From an uncultured Spirochaetota bacterium (GTDB taxonomy: Bacteria; Spirochaetota; Brevinematia; Brevinematales; JAOACQ01), in assembly GCA_963768055.1 (NCBI GenBank), contig CAVYGN010000001.1:320001-384000 (forward strand): 64,000 nucleotides of DNA, in the 5' to 3' direction. The position numbers and the translations under genes are program-made. Shown here in pieces: positions 1 to 10,058 of the stretch (the stretch's first letter is position 1; each line of letters starts with the position of its first letter). The notes below the pieces were generated by a model. It searched no databases. It saw only the letters and a list, made by a program, of their open reading frames with translations, and was not told the DNA's origin.

Positions 1-1
1 C

Positions 2-271
2 GGATTTTTTATCCTTAAATATAAAACCGCAAACATCATCCTCCTTTACAAGGATTTTTCGGACCTGGGGCGCCTTGCGCGGACGGCGCTCGATTGCAGT
101 TCCGACAATAACTATATTGTTGCCTCTATTTCGGACCAGGCTGCACTTTTAAGATTGAAAGCGGAATACCATTCAAGGGTTAAGGCCATTTTCGCCTTCA
201 ATGGGGATTCCGAATTTAATTCCGAATGGATAACAGTGGAGCAAAAGAACAAATTTGCCTTAAATAATTAA
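2..271 (+). CDS. 3' end of an upstream CDS (partial, unknown product)
   Basis: Frame 2 is open from the window edge to TAA at 269-271, just upstream of aroQ. Confidence 0.5.
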   Translation, partial: GFFILKYKTANIILLYKDFSDLGRLARTALDCSSDNNYIVASISDQAALLRLKAEYHSRVKAIFAFNGDSEFNSEWITVEQKNKFALNN

Positions 272-286
272 CCTCAGGGGTTTATA

Positions 287-736
287 ATGGATACTATTCT
301 CTTTGTCAACGGGCCGAACCTGAATATGCTCGGAATCAGGGAACCGGACAGGTACGGGCATATGAGCCTGGCGCAAATCGAAAGCGGCATGAAAGACAAA
401 GCGCATGCCCTGGGTTTTATACTTAAAACTTTTCAATCCAACGGCGAGGGAGAGCTTGTAAGCTTCATACAGGCCGAGGGACGGAATGCGAAGGGGCTAA
501 TTATAAACGCCGGCGCTTATACCCACACCTCCATAGCGATAAGGGACGCGATCCTTTCCGTGCAATTGCCCTTTGTCGAAGTGCATATGTCGAACATCTT
601 CTCCAGGGAACAATTCAGGTCGCTGTCTTATCTCTCGGGAATAGCTGTTGGAATTATTTCCGGTTTCGGTGCTTATTCTTATGAACTGGCGGTCGAGGCC
701 ATGGCGCAATATTTAAAAAGGGGCGGCAATGCTTAA
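287..736 (+). CDS. aroQ: Type II 3-dehydroquinate dehydratase
   Basis: NGPNLNMLGxREP, INAGAYTHTSIAIRDA and VEVHMSNI signature motifs. Confidence 0.97.
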   Translation: MDTILFVNGPNLNMLGIREPDRYGHMSLAQIESGMKDKAHALGFILKTFQSNGEGELVSFIQAEGRNAKGLIINAGAYTHTSIAIRDAILSVQLPFVEVHMSNIFSREQFRSLSYLSGIAVGIISGFGAYSYELAVEAMAQYLKRGGNA

Positions 737-1490
737 AATTGGAGGATTAATAATAATACTGGCCCTCTTCGCGGCTACCCTGTCGAGAGCCCAGGACATC
801 GGAGATGTAAGAAAAAAATACCTTGACGGTATGACATATTTCGCGAATAACGATCTTAAAAGGGCCGAAGCGAATTTTAAAAACATAATCGGCATGTCCC
901 TTCCGAGGGGAACCCTTTTCGACCCGTTCATGGCGAAATCGTATTATTTTATGGGAGATATCGCATTTATCAAACAGGATTACCAGGGTGCGATAGATAA
1001 TTATAAAACCGTCGCCCGGGTGTATTACAACGAGGACATTTATTCCCGGGATATGTACAAACTAGGGAGGACCCTGGTTTTATCCGGCCGTCCTAACGAA
1101 GGCATAGCGATGTTAGAAGACTATATCTCCCGCTACGGCGATAAAGATTCCCTCGCAGACCATAGCTATTACTGGCTGGCAAAGGGTTACGCTAAAAATA
1201 ACGATTACTTCAAGGCTCTTTCGACATACCAGTTCATTCTTTCGAATTACGCGACAAGCGCGATGACTTTCGAGGTCAGAAATTCAATTTCGATCCTTAA
1301 GGATATTACGGAGAGGCAGAGCACTAACAGCGTCAACACCCTTCTTTTGAATAGCGGGAAACTTGACATGGAAAAAGAGATACTTGAAAAAATGTCGCGT
1401 CTCCTGGTTATCAAGCAGAGGCTTCTTGAGATAAAGGCAGCTAAGGTCGAGGCGCTTTCCAGGCTTAAAGAACAAAACGGGGTGGAATAA
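729..1490 (+). CDS. Exported tetratricopeptide-repeat protein (CpoB/BamD-like TPRs)
   Basis: Signal peptide, three to four TPR-like helical pairs (YYFMG, YKLG, YYWLA), C-terminal coiled coil. Confidence 0.75.
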   Translation: MLKIGGLIIILALFAATLSRAQDIGDVRKKYLDGMTYFANNDLKRAEANFKNIIGMSLPRGTLFDPFMAKSYYFMGDIAFIKQDYQGAIDNYKTVARVYYNEDIYSRDMYKLGRTLVLSGRPNEGIAMLEDYISRYGDKDSLADHSYYWLAKGYAKNNDYFKALSTYQFILSNYATSAMTFEVRNSISILKDITERQSTNSVNTLLLNSGKLDMEKEILEKMSRLLVIKQRLLEIKAAKVEALSRLKEQNGVE

Positions 1491-2999
1491 ATGAAATTAC
1501 CCTTTTTAATTGCAATATTTATATTTATCGCGGGAAGCCTTTTCGGTGAATGGATCGAGTTGTCTAACAGGTATGTAAGGATCCTGGCCGATTACGATAC
1601 GGCGAGGCTTACAATGTACGCCGCGACAGCCGGTACCAACGCGAAGACAGCGGCCTATAAGCCCCTGCTTTATTATTCAAATCCCTTGGCTTCCTTTGCG
1701 ACCATATCCATTAATAACCAGTACGGCATATTCGGGAGCGGCACGGGCTTTTTCAAGAAAAAGCCCTATATCCTGAAGGATAAAATAGTCTCAGAATGGG
1801 TGATGAAGGGAGTAACCGTGGTCCAATCGGCGGGCATCGTTGAGGGGCCCGTTTCAGGCGTTCCCGATACTATGAGCCTGACTTACTCATTATTAAACAA
1901 CACCCCTATGGATGTGACTGTTCAGATGAGGGTGGTCCTGGATCCTGTCCTTGGGACTTCTGTTCCAAAGAGGTTCAGCACGCCCGGGTACGGCAACATT
2001 ACTAAAGAGACATTGCTTTTTGACGATTCTATCCCGTCATTCTGGTATTCTTTCGATGATTACGACAATCCGGTTATTAAGGTCCAGGGAACATTCGATA
2101 ACGCGACAAAACCGGAAAAGATAATTTTTTCTTCGTGGGAAAAATTTTATGAAAACAAGTGGGATTTCCAGATCGATTCGTCGATGGATTTCAGGAGGCA
2201 AGGAACCGTGCAGTATGACAGTGCGGTGGGGATTTTCTACAAACCGGTTACTCTTTCAGGAAATATTTCAAACCAGATTACCCTCCTGTACGGCCTCTAC
2301 TTGCCTGGAATTATCAATGAAAAGGGAATGACATTGTCGGTTTCTGTCCCAAAGGAAGTTAACAGCCTGCCTGTGACGGTCGGCGCCGAACTAAAAAATT
2401 CGGGAAATTTTCCGCTTGCAAGGCTTACCCTGGAACTTGTAGCCCCAAGTAATTTCACACTGGCCCAGGGTGAAACAAACGTTATAAAATTTCTCAAAGT
2501 GGATACGAACGAATCGAGAAAGGTTTCCTGGAACCTGTCGGGCACAAGCAGTTTTAACGCCAATGCCCTCCTGGTCCGTGCTACGGCTTTGACTAACAGC
2601 AAAGCTACAAACGCGCTTATCATACAATCTGAAAAATTCTTCACTTACTACCAGCCGTCACAGACTTTAATCACGAATGCGGTCAATACCAACACTGCGG
2701 TACAGATTCCTCAGACTAACCTCACCAATCCCCTGACAAATGCAGCCACGACTTACGTTACCCCGAACCCGGCAATTTCAGCGGAGGAAAAAACCATCCT
2801 GAATGAGATCAAGGGCCTGGATAACCTTATCGATAAAATAAGCATTAAATATGAGATTTTGAAAGGAATATACAGGAATACCTACATAACCAACAGCAGC
2901 TTTTTAAGCGACCTGGACGACGATATAAAATATTTTGAAGAAAGGCTTAAAGGAGAAGAAGAAAGCCTTACTAATGATATGACGTACCCGAGAGAATGA
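1491..2999 (+). CDS. Exported hypothetical protein (beta-rich, TN-rich linker, C-terminal coiled coil)
   Basis: 502-aa ORF with signal peptide, abutting its neighbours in an operon. Confidence 0.7.
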   Translation: MKLPFLIAIFIFIAGSLFGEWIELSNRYVRILADYDTARLTMYAATAGTNAKTAAYKPLLYYSNPLASFATISINNQYGIFGSGTGFFKKKPYILKDKIVSEWVMKGVTVVQSAGIVEGPVSGVPDTMSLTYSLLNNTPMDVTVQMRVVLDPVLGTSVPKRFSTPGYGNITKETLLFDDSIPSFWYSFDDYDNPVIKVQGTFDNATKPEKIIFSSWEKFYENKWDFQIDSSMDFRRQGTVQYDSAVGIFYKPVTLSGNISNQITLLYGLYLPGIINEKGMTLSVSVPKEVNSLPVTVGAELKNSGNFPLARLTLELVAPSNFTLAQGETNVIKFLKVDTNESRKVSWNLSGTSSFNANALLVRATALTNSKATNALIIQSEKFFTYYQPSQTLITNAVNTNTAVQIPQTNLTNPLTNAATTYVTPNPAISAEEKTILNEIKGLDNLIDKISIKYEILKGIYRNTYITNSSFLSDLDDDIKYFEERLKGEEESLTNDMTYPRE

Positions 3000-3003
3000 T
3001 GCG

Positions 3004-4083
3004 ATGCGTAATTATTTTCAGGACCGGCTTTTAAAAACCTGCAAAAAACTTAAAGAGGGGGAAGCCCTCTATGTCAATCTTCCCGAAGAGGTTTACTACC
3101 TGTCGGGGTTTACGGGCGAAGATTCAAGCATCCTTATCATTCCGGGAGGGGCTTATTTTATTACAGACGGGCGTTATGTAGAACAATTCAATATCGAAAG
3201 AAAAATAGACGCCTCTCTCGAAGAGGTAAAGCCGGGCAGAAGGCTTATTCCGATTCTTAAATCGCTGATATGCGGGCTGAAGATCTCAACTCTTCTGCTG
3301 TCCCGGAGGGAAATAAGCCTTGAATTCGCCGATGAACTCAGAAAGGCTCTCGCCCCTGACGAACCCGAACTCAGGGACTCTAAAATAATCAAGGATATGC
3401 GCATCCGGAAGGACGACTACGAAATCGAGATAATCAGGAACAATCTCATGATAACTGAGCTGGGCTATAACATTGTGCTCCCCCTGATAAAAGAAGGGTG
3501 CAGTGAAAACGAAATAGCCGCCGAACTGGAGTTTTTCCTGAGAAAAAAGGGGGCTAAAGGCCAGGCCTTCGATACGATAGTGGCTTCCGGCCCCAGGAGC
3601 GCGATGCCCCATGGCACTGCTACAGGCAAAAAAATCCAAAAAAACGAAATAATCCTCCTCGATTTCGGGATAAAAAAAGATGGATATTGCTCAGACTTTA
3701 CAAGATGCTATAATTTAGGTAAAATAATCGACCCGAAAATCATTGTCATCCATAAAATTGTGCTTAAAGCCCTAAAAAAGGCCGAGGCGATGGTTAAAGA
3801 CGGCGTTAAAGCCGGCGAAGTTCATGGAGCCGTTTCCGATTTGATTCGGGACGCCGGGTACGGGGAATTTTTCACGCATTCCACCGGGCATGGCGTCGGC
3901 CTTCAGGTGCATGAAGCCCCTTCGGTGACGTCCGGCGAAGAAACGGTCCTTTCAGAAGGAATGATCATCACGATCGAACCGGGAATCTATCTTCCGGGGA
4001 TAGGGGGCGTAAGGCTCGAGGATATGGTCCTCGTGAAAAAAGAGGGGTGCGAGGTTTTGACAACTTCGGACTATGAACTATAA
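3004..4083 (+). CDS. Xaa-Pro peptidase (M24B family)
   Basis: DFG...YCSDFTR, HSTGHGVGLQVHE, TIEPGIY and GVRLED motifs; lies upstream of efp. Confidence 0.93.
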   Translation: MRNYFQDRLLKTCKKLKEGEALYVNLPEEVYYLSGFTGEDSSILIIPGGAYFITDGRYVEQFNIERKIDASLEEVKPGRRLIPILKSLICGLKISTLLLSRREISLEFADELRKALAPDEPELRDSKIIKDMRIRKDDYEIEIIRNNLMITELGYNIVLPLIKEGCSENEIAAELEFFLRKKGAKGQAFDTIVASGPRSAMPHGTATGKKIQKNEIILLDFGIKKDGYCSDFTRCYNLGKIIDPKIIVIHKIVLKALKKAEAMVKDGVKAGEVHGAVSDLIRDAGYGEFFTHSTGHGVGLQVHEAPSVTSGEETVLSEGMIITIEPGIYLPGIGGVRLEDMVLVKKEGCEVLTTSDYEL

Positions 4084-4095
4084 ATTGGAGGATAT

Positions 4096-4656
4096 ATGGT
4101 TTCATCTAACGACCTGAAAAAGGGGATTGTGCTTAAAATAGACGGCGATCTCTACTCGGTGCTCTGGTACCAGCACCATAAGCCGGGCAAGGGGGGCGCT
4201 ATAGTAAGGACAAAACTGAGGAATATCATTAAAGATACCGTAATAGAAAAAACATTCCGTGCCGGCGAAACTCTCGAGGATGTTTTCGTTGAAAGCAAGG
4301 AAGCCCAGCTACTTTACAGGGAAGACGATCATTTTCTTTTCATGGACAATGAATCCTACGAACAGTATTCCGTTCCCGAAGATATCGTGGGAGAAGCCTC
4401 AAAATACCTGAAAAACGAAATGGTATGCACTCTTTCTATTTACAAGGAAGAGATCATCGGCGTAGAGCCGCCGATGTTCGTTGATCTTGTCATTACCGAA
4501 ACAGACCCCGGGCTCCGAGGCGATACTGTAAGCGGAGGGTCTAAACCGGCGACTCTTGAGACAGGGGCGGTGGTACAGGTGCCCCTTTTCGTCGGAATAG
4601 GAGAGAAGGTCAGGGTGGATACAAGGGACGACCGCTACATAGAAAGGGTCAAGTAG
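4096..4656 (+). CDS. efp: Elongation factor P
   Basis: KPGKGGA loop, KPATLETG and VDTR motifs; GGAGG RBS. Confidence 0.98.
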   Translation: MVSSNDLKKGIVLKIDGDLYSVLWYQHHKPGKGGAIVRTKLRNIIKDTVIEKTFRAGETLEDVFVESKEAQLLYREDDHFLFMDNESYEQYSVPEDIVGEASKYLKNEMVCTLSIYKEEIIGVEPPMFVDLVITETDPGLRGDTVSGGSKPATLETGAVVQVPLFVGIGEKVRVDTRDDRYIERVK

Positions 4657-4664
4657 GAGGGGGG

Positions 4665-5144
4665 ATGATAGATATAAAGGATATCAAAAAACTTCAAAGC
4701 ATATTTATGGAAAGCGGCATAGGCGAGATCGAGGTGCGGCATGGCAGGGACGCCGTAAGACTTACGATCGGGCAGGTTAAGGGAAAAGCCCGGATCGTGA
4801 AGGCGGCAGCTGCGCCCGTACCTATCCAGGGCCCTTCGGGCCCTTTAACAAACGCTCAGAAGGCCCTTAATACCGATGAAACCAGGGCCGATTCCGGAAT
4901 TTACGAGCTCCGCTCAAAATGGATAGGTTTTTTTACAAGGCTTAATTCCAAAACCGGAGAGAACTATATAAAACTCAGGGACGTTGTAAAAAAGGGGGAC
5001 CTGGTGGGCCATGTAAGGGTCCTCGGGGTCCTGCAGGACATCAAATCGGAAATTAACGGCAAAGTCAAGGAAGTATTGGTGGAGGAAGGCCAGCCCATAG
5101 AATACGGCCAGCCTGTTATGCGCTTTGAAATTCAAGGAGAATAA
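4665..5144 (+). CDS. Biotin carboxyl carrier-like protein lacking the canonical biotinylated Lys (accB position)
   Basis: BCCP architecture (N-terminal domain, Ala/Pro linker, GQPIEYGQP) between efp and accC, but EAMK is replaced by RVLG. Confidence 0.85.
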   Translation: MIDIKDIKKLQSIFMESGIGEIEVRHGRDAVRLTIGQVKGKARIVKAAAAPVPIQGPSGPLTNAQKALNTDETRADSGIYELRSKWIGFFTRLNSKTGENYIKLRDVVKKGDLVGHVRVLGVLQDIKSEINGKVKEVLVEEGQPIEYGQPVMRFEIQGE

Positions 5145-5146
5145 TA

Positions 5147-6490
5147 ATGTTTAGAAAAATACTTATTGCCAACAGGGGTGAAATCGCTGTCAGGGTCATT
5201 CGGGCGGCAAAGGAGCTGGGAATACCGACAGTTTCAGTCCACTCCGAAGCAGACGAAAAATGCCTTCACACTCAATTGTCCGACCAGGATGTCTGTATCG
5301 GCCCCGCTCTTTCCAGCGAAAGTTACCTGAATATTCTTGCCATAATCAGCGCGGCTGAGATAACCGGAGCCGACTCAATTCATCCGGGATACGGATTCCT
5401 TGCCGAGAATTCGAAGTTTTCAGGCATCTGCAAGGACCATAAAATCACCTTCATCGGCCCTTCGGCCGAGGTGATCGACCTGCTCGGGAACAAGGCCGCC
5501 GCCAGAAAAACAATGAATGAGATCGGGGTCCCTATAACCCCCGGTACGGATATAATCACAAACCCGGCTGAAGCTGTTCAATTTGCCGGTGTATCCGGCT
5601 ACCCGGTCATTGTTAAAGCGGTCGCCGGCGGGGGCGGTAAGGGAATGAGGGTCGCATGGTCCGACGAGGAACTGACCAATATCATCCCGATCGCCCAGGC
5701 CGAGGCGAAATCCGCATTCGGAAACCCGGATGTTTATGTTGAAAAATATTTAAGGGAACCGAGGCATATAGAAATTCAATTCCTGGCCGATAATTTCGGC
5801 AACGTGGTGCACCTTGGCGAACGTGACTGCTCGATCCAGAGGAGACATCAAAAGCTTGTTGAAGAATCTCCGAGCCCCAGCCTTTCCCAAAGGATCCGCG
5901 AGGAAATGGGCGAGGCGGTCAAGAAGGGGGTTAAAAAAGTCGGCTATTCCGGCGCGGGAACAATGGAATTTCTCTTCGATACCGATGGTAAATTTTATTT
6001 TATGGAAGTGAATACGAGGATCCAGGTAGAGCATCCGGTCACTGAAATGGTAACCAACGTTGACATTGTTAAAGAACAGATAAGGATTGCGATGGGCGAA
6101 AAACTTTCTTTTACCCAGGAGGACGTAAGAATCAACGGAAACGCCATCGAATGCCGCGTTAACGCCGAGGATCCGTCTATGAATTTTATGCCGATGCCGG
6201 GCGTCATTACAGATTTCCATCTGCCCGGAGGGCCTGGGATCAGGGTGGATACCCATGGCTATGCGGGTTATGAAATCCCTAAGTATTACGATTCCCTGCT
6301 TGCGAAAGTCATCGCGTGGGGCAGGGACAGGAATGAGGCTCTCGCGAGGATGAAGAGGGCGCTCCAGGAATTCACTGCCTCAGGTATTAAAACGACCATA
6401 CCCTTTTATGAAAAGCTGCTTGAAAATCCCGATTTTCAGAGGGGCAGCTATTCGACAAAATTTCTGGACAATTTTAAATTCACCTGCTGA
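5147..6490 (+). CDS. accC: Acetyl-CoA carboxylase, biotin carboxylase subunit
   Basis: KILIANRGEIA, HPGYGFLAEN, GGGGKGM, RDCSIQRRHQK, EVNTRIQVEHPVTE and YDSLLAK motifs. Confidence 0.97.
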   Translation: MFRKILIANRGEIAVRVIRAAKELGIPTVSVHSEADEKCLHTQLSDQDVCIGPALSSESYLNILAIISAAEITGADSIHPGYGFLAENSKFSGICKDHKITFIGPSAEVIDLLGNKAAARKTMNEIGVPITPGTDIITNPAEAVQFAGVSGYPVIVKAVAGGGGKGMRVAWSDEELTNIIPIAQAEAKSAFGNPDVYVEKYLREPRHIEIQFLADNFGNVVHLGERDCSIQRRHQKLVEESPSPSLSQRIREEMGEAVKKGVKKVGYSGAGTMEFLFDTDGKFYFMEVNTRIQVEHPVTEMVTNVDIVKEQIRIAMGEKLSFTQEDVRINGNAIECRVNAEDPSMNFMPMPGVITDFHLPGGPGIRVDTHGYAGYEIPKYYDSLLAKVIAWGRDRNEALARMKRALQEFTASGIKTTIPFYEKLLENPDFQRGSYSTKFLDNFKFTC

Positions 6491-6502
6491 TCAAATGTTA
6501 AT

Positions 6503-7699
6503 ATGAATTCCATCATAATTAAACCCGGAAAGGAAAAGTCCATTCTCCGCCGCCATCCCTGGATTTTCAGCGGAGCCGTACTTCGGACTGAACCGATGGC
6601 GCCGGGGCCTGGACCGGGAGAGATTGTACAGATCAGGGACCATAAAGGCTCTTTCCTCGCGAAAGGATATTACAACCCCGCTTCAAAAATCTGCGCCAGG
6701 ATCCTTGAATTCAGGGAGGACGTTGCCATTGACTCCGCCTGGTGGGAGAGTTCGATAAAGTCCTCCATAGGCAGAAGGTCTTATCTTGCGGCGGATTCCG
6801 ATGCAATGAGACTTGTCTATGCCGAGGCGGATTTCCTTCCGGGACTTATAGTCGACCGGTACGGTAAAACAATAGTGATCCAGGCGCTTACCGCGGGCAT
6901 CGATAAAGTAAAAAATATGATCGCTGAAATCATCGATTCTATTTTAAAACCCGGGGCTATTTATGAAAAAAGCGATCCGGACATCCGGGCGCTTGAAGGC
7001 CTGCCGCCTTTGTCGGGCCCCCTTTCCGGCGGCAGCGTGCCCGCCTCCGGTGACATTGTAATAACGGAGAATGGCATACGCTACATCGTCGATCCGGTGC
7101 ATGGCCAGAAAACAGGGTTTTACCTCGATCAGAGGGACAACAGGATGATCCTGTCTTCTTACGCTTCCGGCAGAGAGGTCCTGGATTGTTTCTGCTACAC
7201 GGGAGGGTTCACCCTTGCGGCGTTAAAGGGCGGCGCGGCGTCGGCAGTATCCGTCGATACTTCTGAAGAGGCGCTTGAAGCCCTTAAAAAAAACCTGCTG
7301 AATAACAATATCCCCGCCGGGCGCTGCCAGGCTTTACGGGAAGACGCATTTACCCTCCTCAGAAAATACCGGGACGAAGGGAGGTTATTCGATATGATCG
7401 TACTCGATCCCCCTAAATTTGCGCCCTCCCGCAAGCACAGGGATAAGGCCATGAGAGCCTACAAAGACATAAACCTTCTCGCCATGAAGGCGCTCCGGCC
7501 CGGAGGCCTTCTCGCAACATTTTCATGTTCCGGAGGGATAAGTTCAGCCGATTTTAAAATGGCCTTAGGCTGGGCGAGTATAGACGCGGGAAGGGAAGTC
7601 CAGGCCGTTCGTACGCTGACACAGGCCCCCGACCATCCTGTACGGCTTTCTTATCCTGAATCGGAATATCTTAAAGGACATATCTGCCTGGTCATATAG
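6503..7699 (+). CDS. rlmI: 23S rRNA m5C1962 methyltransferase (RlmI family)
   Basis: RRHPWIFS PUA domain, GQKTGFYLDQR, DPPKF, FSCS and YLK motifs. Confidence 0.9.
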   Translation: MNSIIIKPGKEKSILRRHPWIFSGAVLRTEPMAPGPGPGEIVQIRDHKGSFLAKGYYNPASKICARILEFREDVAIDSAWWESSIKSSIGRRSYLAADSDAMRLVYAEADFLPGLIVDRYGKTIVIQALTAGIDKVKNMIAEIIDSILKPGAIYEKSDPDIRALEGLPPLSGPLSGGSVPASGDIVITENGIRYIVDPVHGQKTGFYLDQRDNRMILSSYASGREVLDCFCYTGGFTLAALKGGAASAVSVDTSEEALEALKKNLLNNNIPAGRCQALREDAFTLLRKYRDEGRLFDMIVLDPPKFAPSRKHRDKAMRAYKDINLLAMKALRPGGLLATFSCSGGISSADFKMALGWASIDAGREVQAVRTLTQAPDHPVRLSYPESEYLKGHICLVI

Positions 7700-7711
7700 G
7701 GGAGATGCCGA

Positions 7712-8536
7712 ATGGAATTCAAACCCGGATATAAGATACTTTCAGGCCTGCCTGAAAACTGCCTTGCCTTTCTTTTTAAAGGGGAACTTATGCTCCTCAG
7801 CGGAATAAGGGGTTTATATACGGTCCCTGAACTTCACGGAGAAGAGATCGCCAAAATGAACGCGGCGGACATTCAATTCATCGGTGAGATAGATGGAATT
7901 CCATGCATAGCCGGCGACCTTCCCGCCGATTTTCCGGCCGCCTCTCAAGCGCTTTTAAGGCTCTTTGAACTTTACGGCAAAACAGGCGACGCTATTTTCA
8001 AGGCCGCCTGCCTGGCTTATCATCTCGTGTACTGGATGAGGAACAATAAATACTGCGGAAAATGCTCTCACCCCATGTACGATTACGAACCCGACAGGGC
8101 CAGGCATTGTAAAAACTGCGGATATGTCGCTTATCCGAGAATTTCGCCGGCCGTCATAGTGGCTGTAGTGAGGGACGGCAGGCTGCTCCTGGCAAAGGCT
8201 TCCAGGTTCAGGAATAATTTCCACAGCGTTCTTGCGGGGTTTATAGAAGCGGGCGAGTCCGCCGAAGAGTGCTTAAAGAGGGAAGTTATGGAAGAGACAG
8301 GCATAAGCATAAAAGATATAAAATATTTCGGGAGCCAACCCTGGCCTTTTCCGGATTCCTTAATGCTGGCATATACGGCGAAGTATGAGTCGGGCGAGAT
8401 CAGCATCGACGGAAAGGAGATACTTGACGCCTCCTGGTATTCGCCGGAGGAGATTCCTGACGTGCCGGGCAAGATGAGCGTAGCGAGGAAGCTGATAGAC
8501 TGGTTTGTCGGGAAGTATTCGAAGGGGGCCGTTTAA
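7712..8536 (+). CDS. nudC: NADH pyrophosphatase
   Basis: Zn ribbon CGKC/CKNC, YPRISPA, Nudix box GE..EE...REV.EE.G, SQPWPFP. Confidence 0.95.
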   Translation: MEFKPGYKILSGLPENCLAFLFKGELMLLSGIRGLYTVPELHGEEIAKMNAADIQFIGEIDGIPCIAGDLPADFPAASQALLRLFELYGKTGDAIFKAACLAYHLVYWMRNNKYCGKCSHPMYDYEPDRARHCKNCGYVAYPRISPAVIVAVVRDGRLLLAKASRFRNNFHSVLAGFIEAGESAEECLKREVMEETGISIKDIKYFGSQPWPFPDSLMLAYTAKYESGEISIDGKEILDASWYSPEEIPDVPGKMSVARKLIDWFVGKYSKGAV

Positions 8537-8669
8537 ACAACCACGGCGGATCAGTGCGGCGGCAGCTACTCCTATCGGCCCTATCGAAAGACAGTTTGCT
8601 TATTTTTTTCGGCTTAATTAGTATATTTTCAAAAAATAGGATTTAATTTCGATAATAAAGGAGTATTTT

Positions 8670-9641
8670 ATGAAAAGAAAGATCTTCGTTCCCGGAATAT
8701 TGATTTATATTGTATTTATTATCACTCTTGCCTGCAATATTACACCGGCTGAAGATTTAAAAATAGCCTGGACGCAAAGAGCCATACCTTCGGCTAACTG
8801 GAATTCTGCGGCCTATGGAAACGGAGTTTTTGTCGCAGTGGCTTTTAAATCCGACAGGGCTGCGACATCGCCCGACGGGATAACCTGGTCGTCCCAAACC
8901 ATACCTGAGGGCCGTTGGTCATCTATAACCTGGGGTAACGGTATATTTGTCGCAGTAGCAGGCGTCGGAAAAATCAGAAAAGAATTTGACGAATCCTTCG
9001 GAACAATAGCCGCGACTTCACCTGACGGGATTAACTGGACTGCGCGAACCATGCCCAAGGGAGAATGGTCGTCGGTAACATGGGGAAATGGAATTTTTGT
9101 CGCAGTTAGCTTTAGCGCACAAGCCGCGACTTCACCTGACGGAATAAACTGGACTTCGCGAAATATGCCTAAGAATCAATGGTGGTCGTCGGTAACATGG
9201 GGAAACGGAGTTTTTGTCGCAGTTAGCTACGGCAGCGAAATAGCGGCGACTTCATCAGACGGGATAACCTGGACGGTCCGGACCCTTCCGATTTCCGATG
9301 GATGGCAGTCGGTCGCATACGGGAAAGGAGTTTTTGCGGCTATTGCCGACGGCTTATCGGTGGTATGCTCGCCGGACGGGATTACCTGGTCGAAAAACGA
9401 CCTTTCAGGCATTTCATCCATATGGGGGCGTAATAAAAACTGGCAATCAGTAACCTGCGGAAGCGGCTTGTTTGTCGCGGTTGACGATGCGTCCAATTTC
9501 GGTGCGGTATCGATTGACGGCATAACCTGGACGCAAACGGACTTTCCGGATGACGGCTGGTGGCATTCAATCGCTTACGGCAAAGGAACATTTGTCGTGG
9601 TCGGCGAGGGCAAAACATCATTGGTTTCTCAATCGAAATAG
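8670..9641 (+). CDS. Lipoprotein with about 7 tandem ~40-aa repeats (beta-propeller-like)
   Basis: Lipobox TLAC; repeated W.S(V/I).(W/Y)GNG.FVAV...ATSPDGI.W units, also visible as DNA repeats. Confidence 0.85.
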   Translation: MKRKIFVPGILIYIVFIITLACNITPAEDLKIAWTQRAIPSANWNSAAYGNGVFVAVAFKSDRAATSPDGITWSSQTIPEGRWSSITWGNGIFVAVAGVGKIRKEFDESFGTIAATSPDGINWTARTMPKGEWSSVTWGNGIFVAVSFSAQAATSPDGINWTSRNMPKNQWWSSVTWGNGVFVAVSYGSEIAATSSDGITWTVRTLPISDGWQSVAYGKGVFAAIADGLSVVCSPDGITWSKNDLSGISSIWGRNKNWQSVTCGSGLFVAVDDASNFGAVSIDGITWTQTDFPDDGWWHSIAYGKGTFVVVGEGKTSLVSQSK

Positions 9642-9668
9642 GGGTACGGCAGCTTAAATCGATTTTCG

Positions 9669-10052
9669 TTATTCGGACTTATTTACGAAATCGAGCACCT
9701 TGTCGCAGCCGGCGCCTATTATAAGGTCGTTTATAAGTATTTTCTTGCTGTTTATCCTGGGAGCGGTAAGGTTTGCGCTTTTTATGAGCTTTTCCCTTGT
9801 CTTATTCAGGATATCGACGATAAAATCGTAAAACCACAGCTTGAGGTGCACCTTATCCTCTGCGCTGTATTTATAAATAGCGCCTTTTTGCTTCAGAAGG
9901 GTGTCGCAGCCGTTTTTGATGACAAACTCGTTAAAAAGCCGCCTTTTCCCTGCAAAATAATCCTTCATGTACTTTTTTTGAAGCGAAAAAAACCTTTTAT
10001 AAACGTCCTTCGAAACCGTGAATGTGCTGAAATTTAAATCCATATCAGTCAA
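9669..10052 (-). CDS. Hypothetical basic protein with an internal duplication (possible tandem ribbon-helix-helix)
   Basis: Both halves end in similar motifs: KRRLFNEFVIKNGCDTLL and KKILINDLIIGAGCDKVL. Confidence 0.6.
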   Translation of the reverse strand: MTDMDLNFSTFTVSKDVYKRFFSLQKKYMKDYFAGKRRLFNEFVIKNGCDTLLKQKGAIYKYSAEDKVHLKLWFYDFIVDILNKTREKLIKSANLTAPRINSKKILINDLIIGAGCDKVLDFVNKSE

Positions 10053-10058
10053 ACCGCC

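Noticed and set aside
8790..9600. Regularly spaced DNA repeats resembling a CRISPR array
   Set aside because: They are degenerate in-frame coding repeats of a beta-propeller-like lipoprotein; no cas genes and no identical repeats with unique spacers
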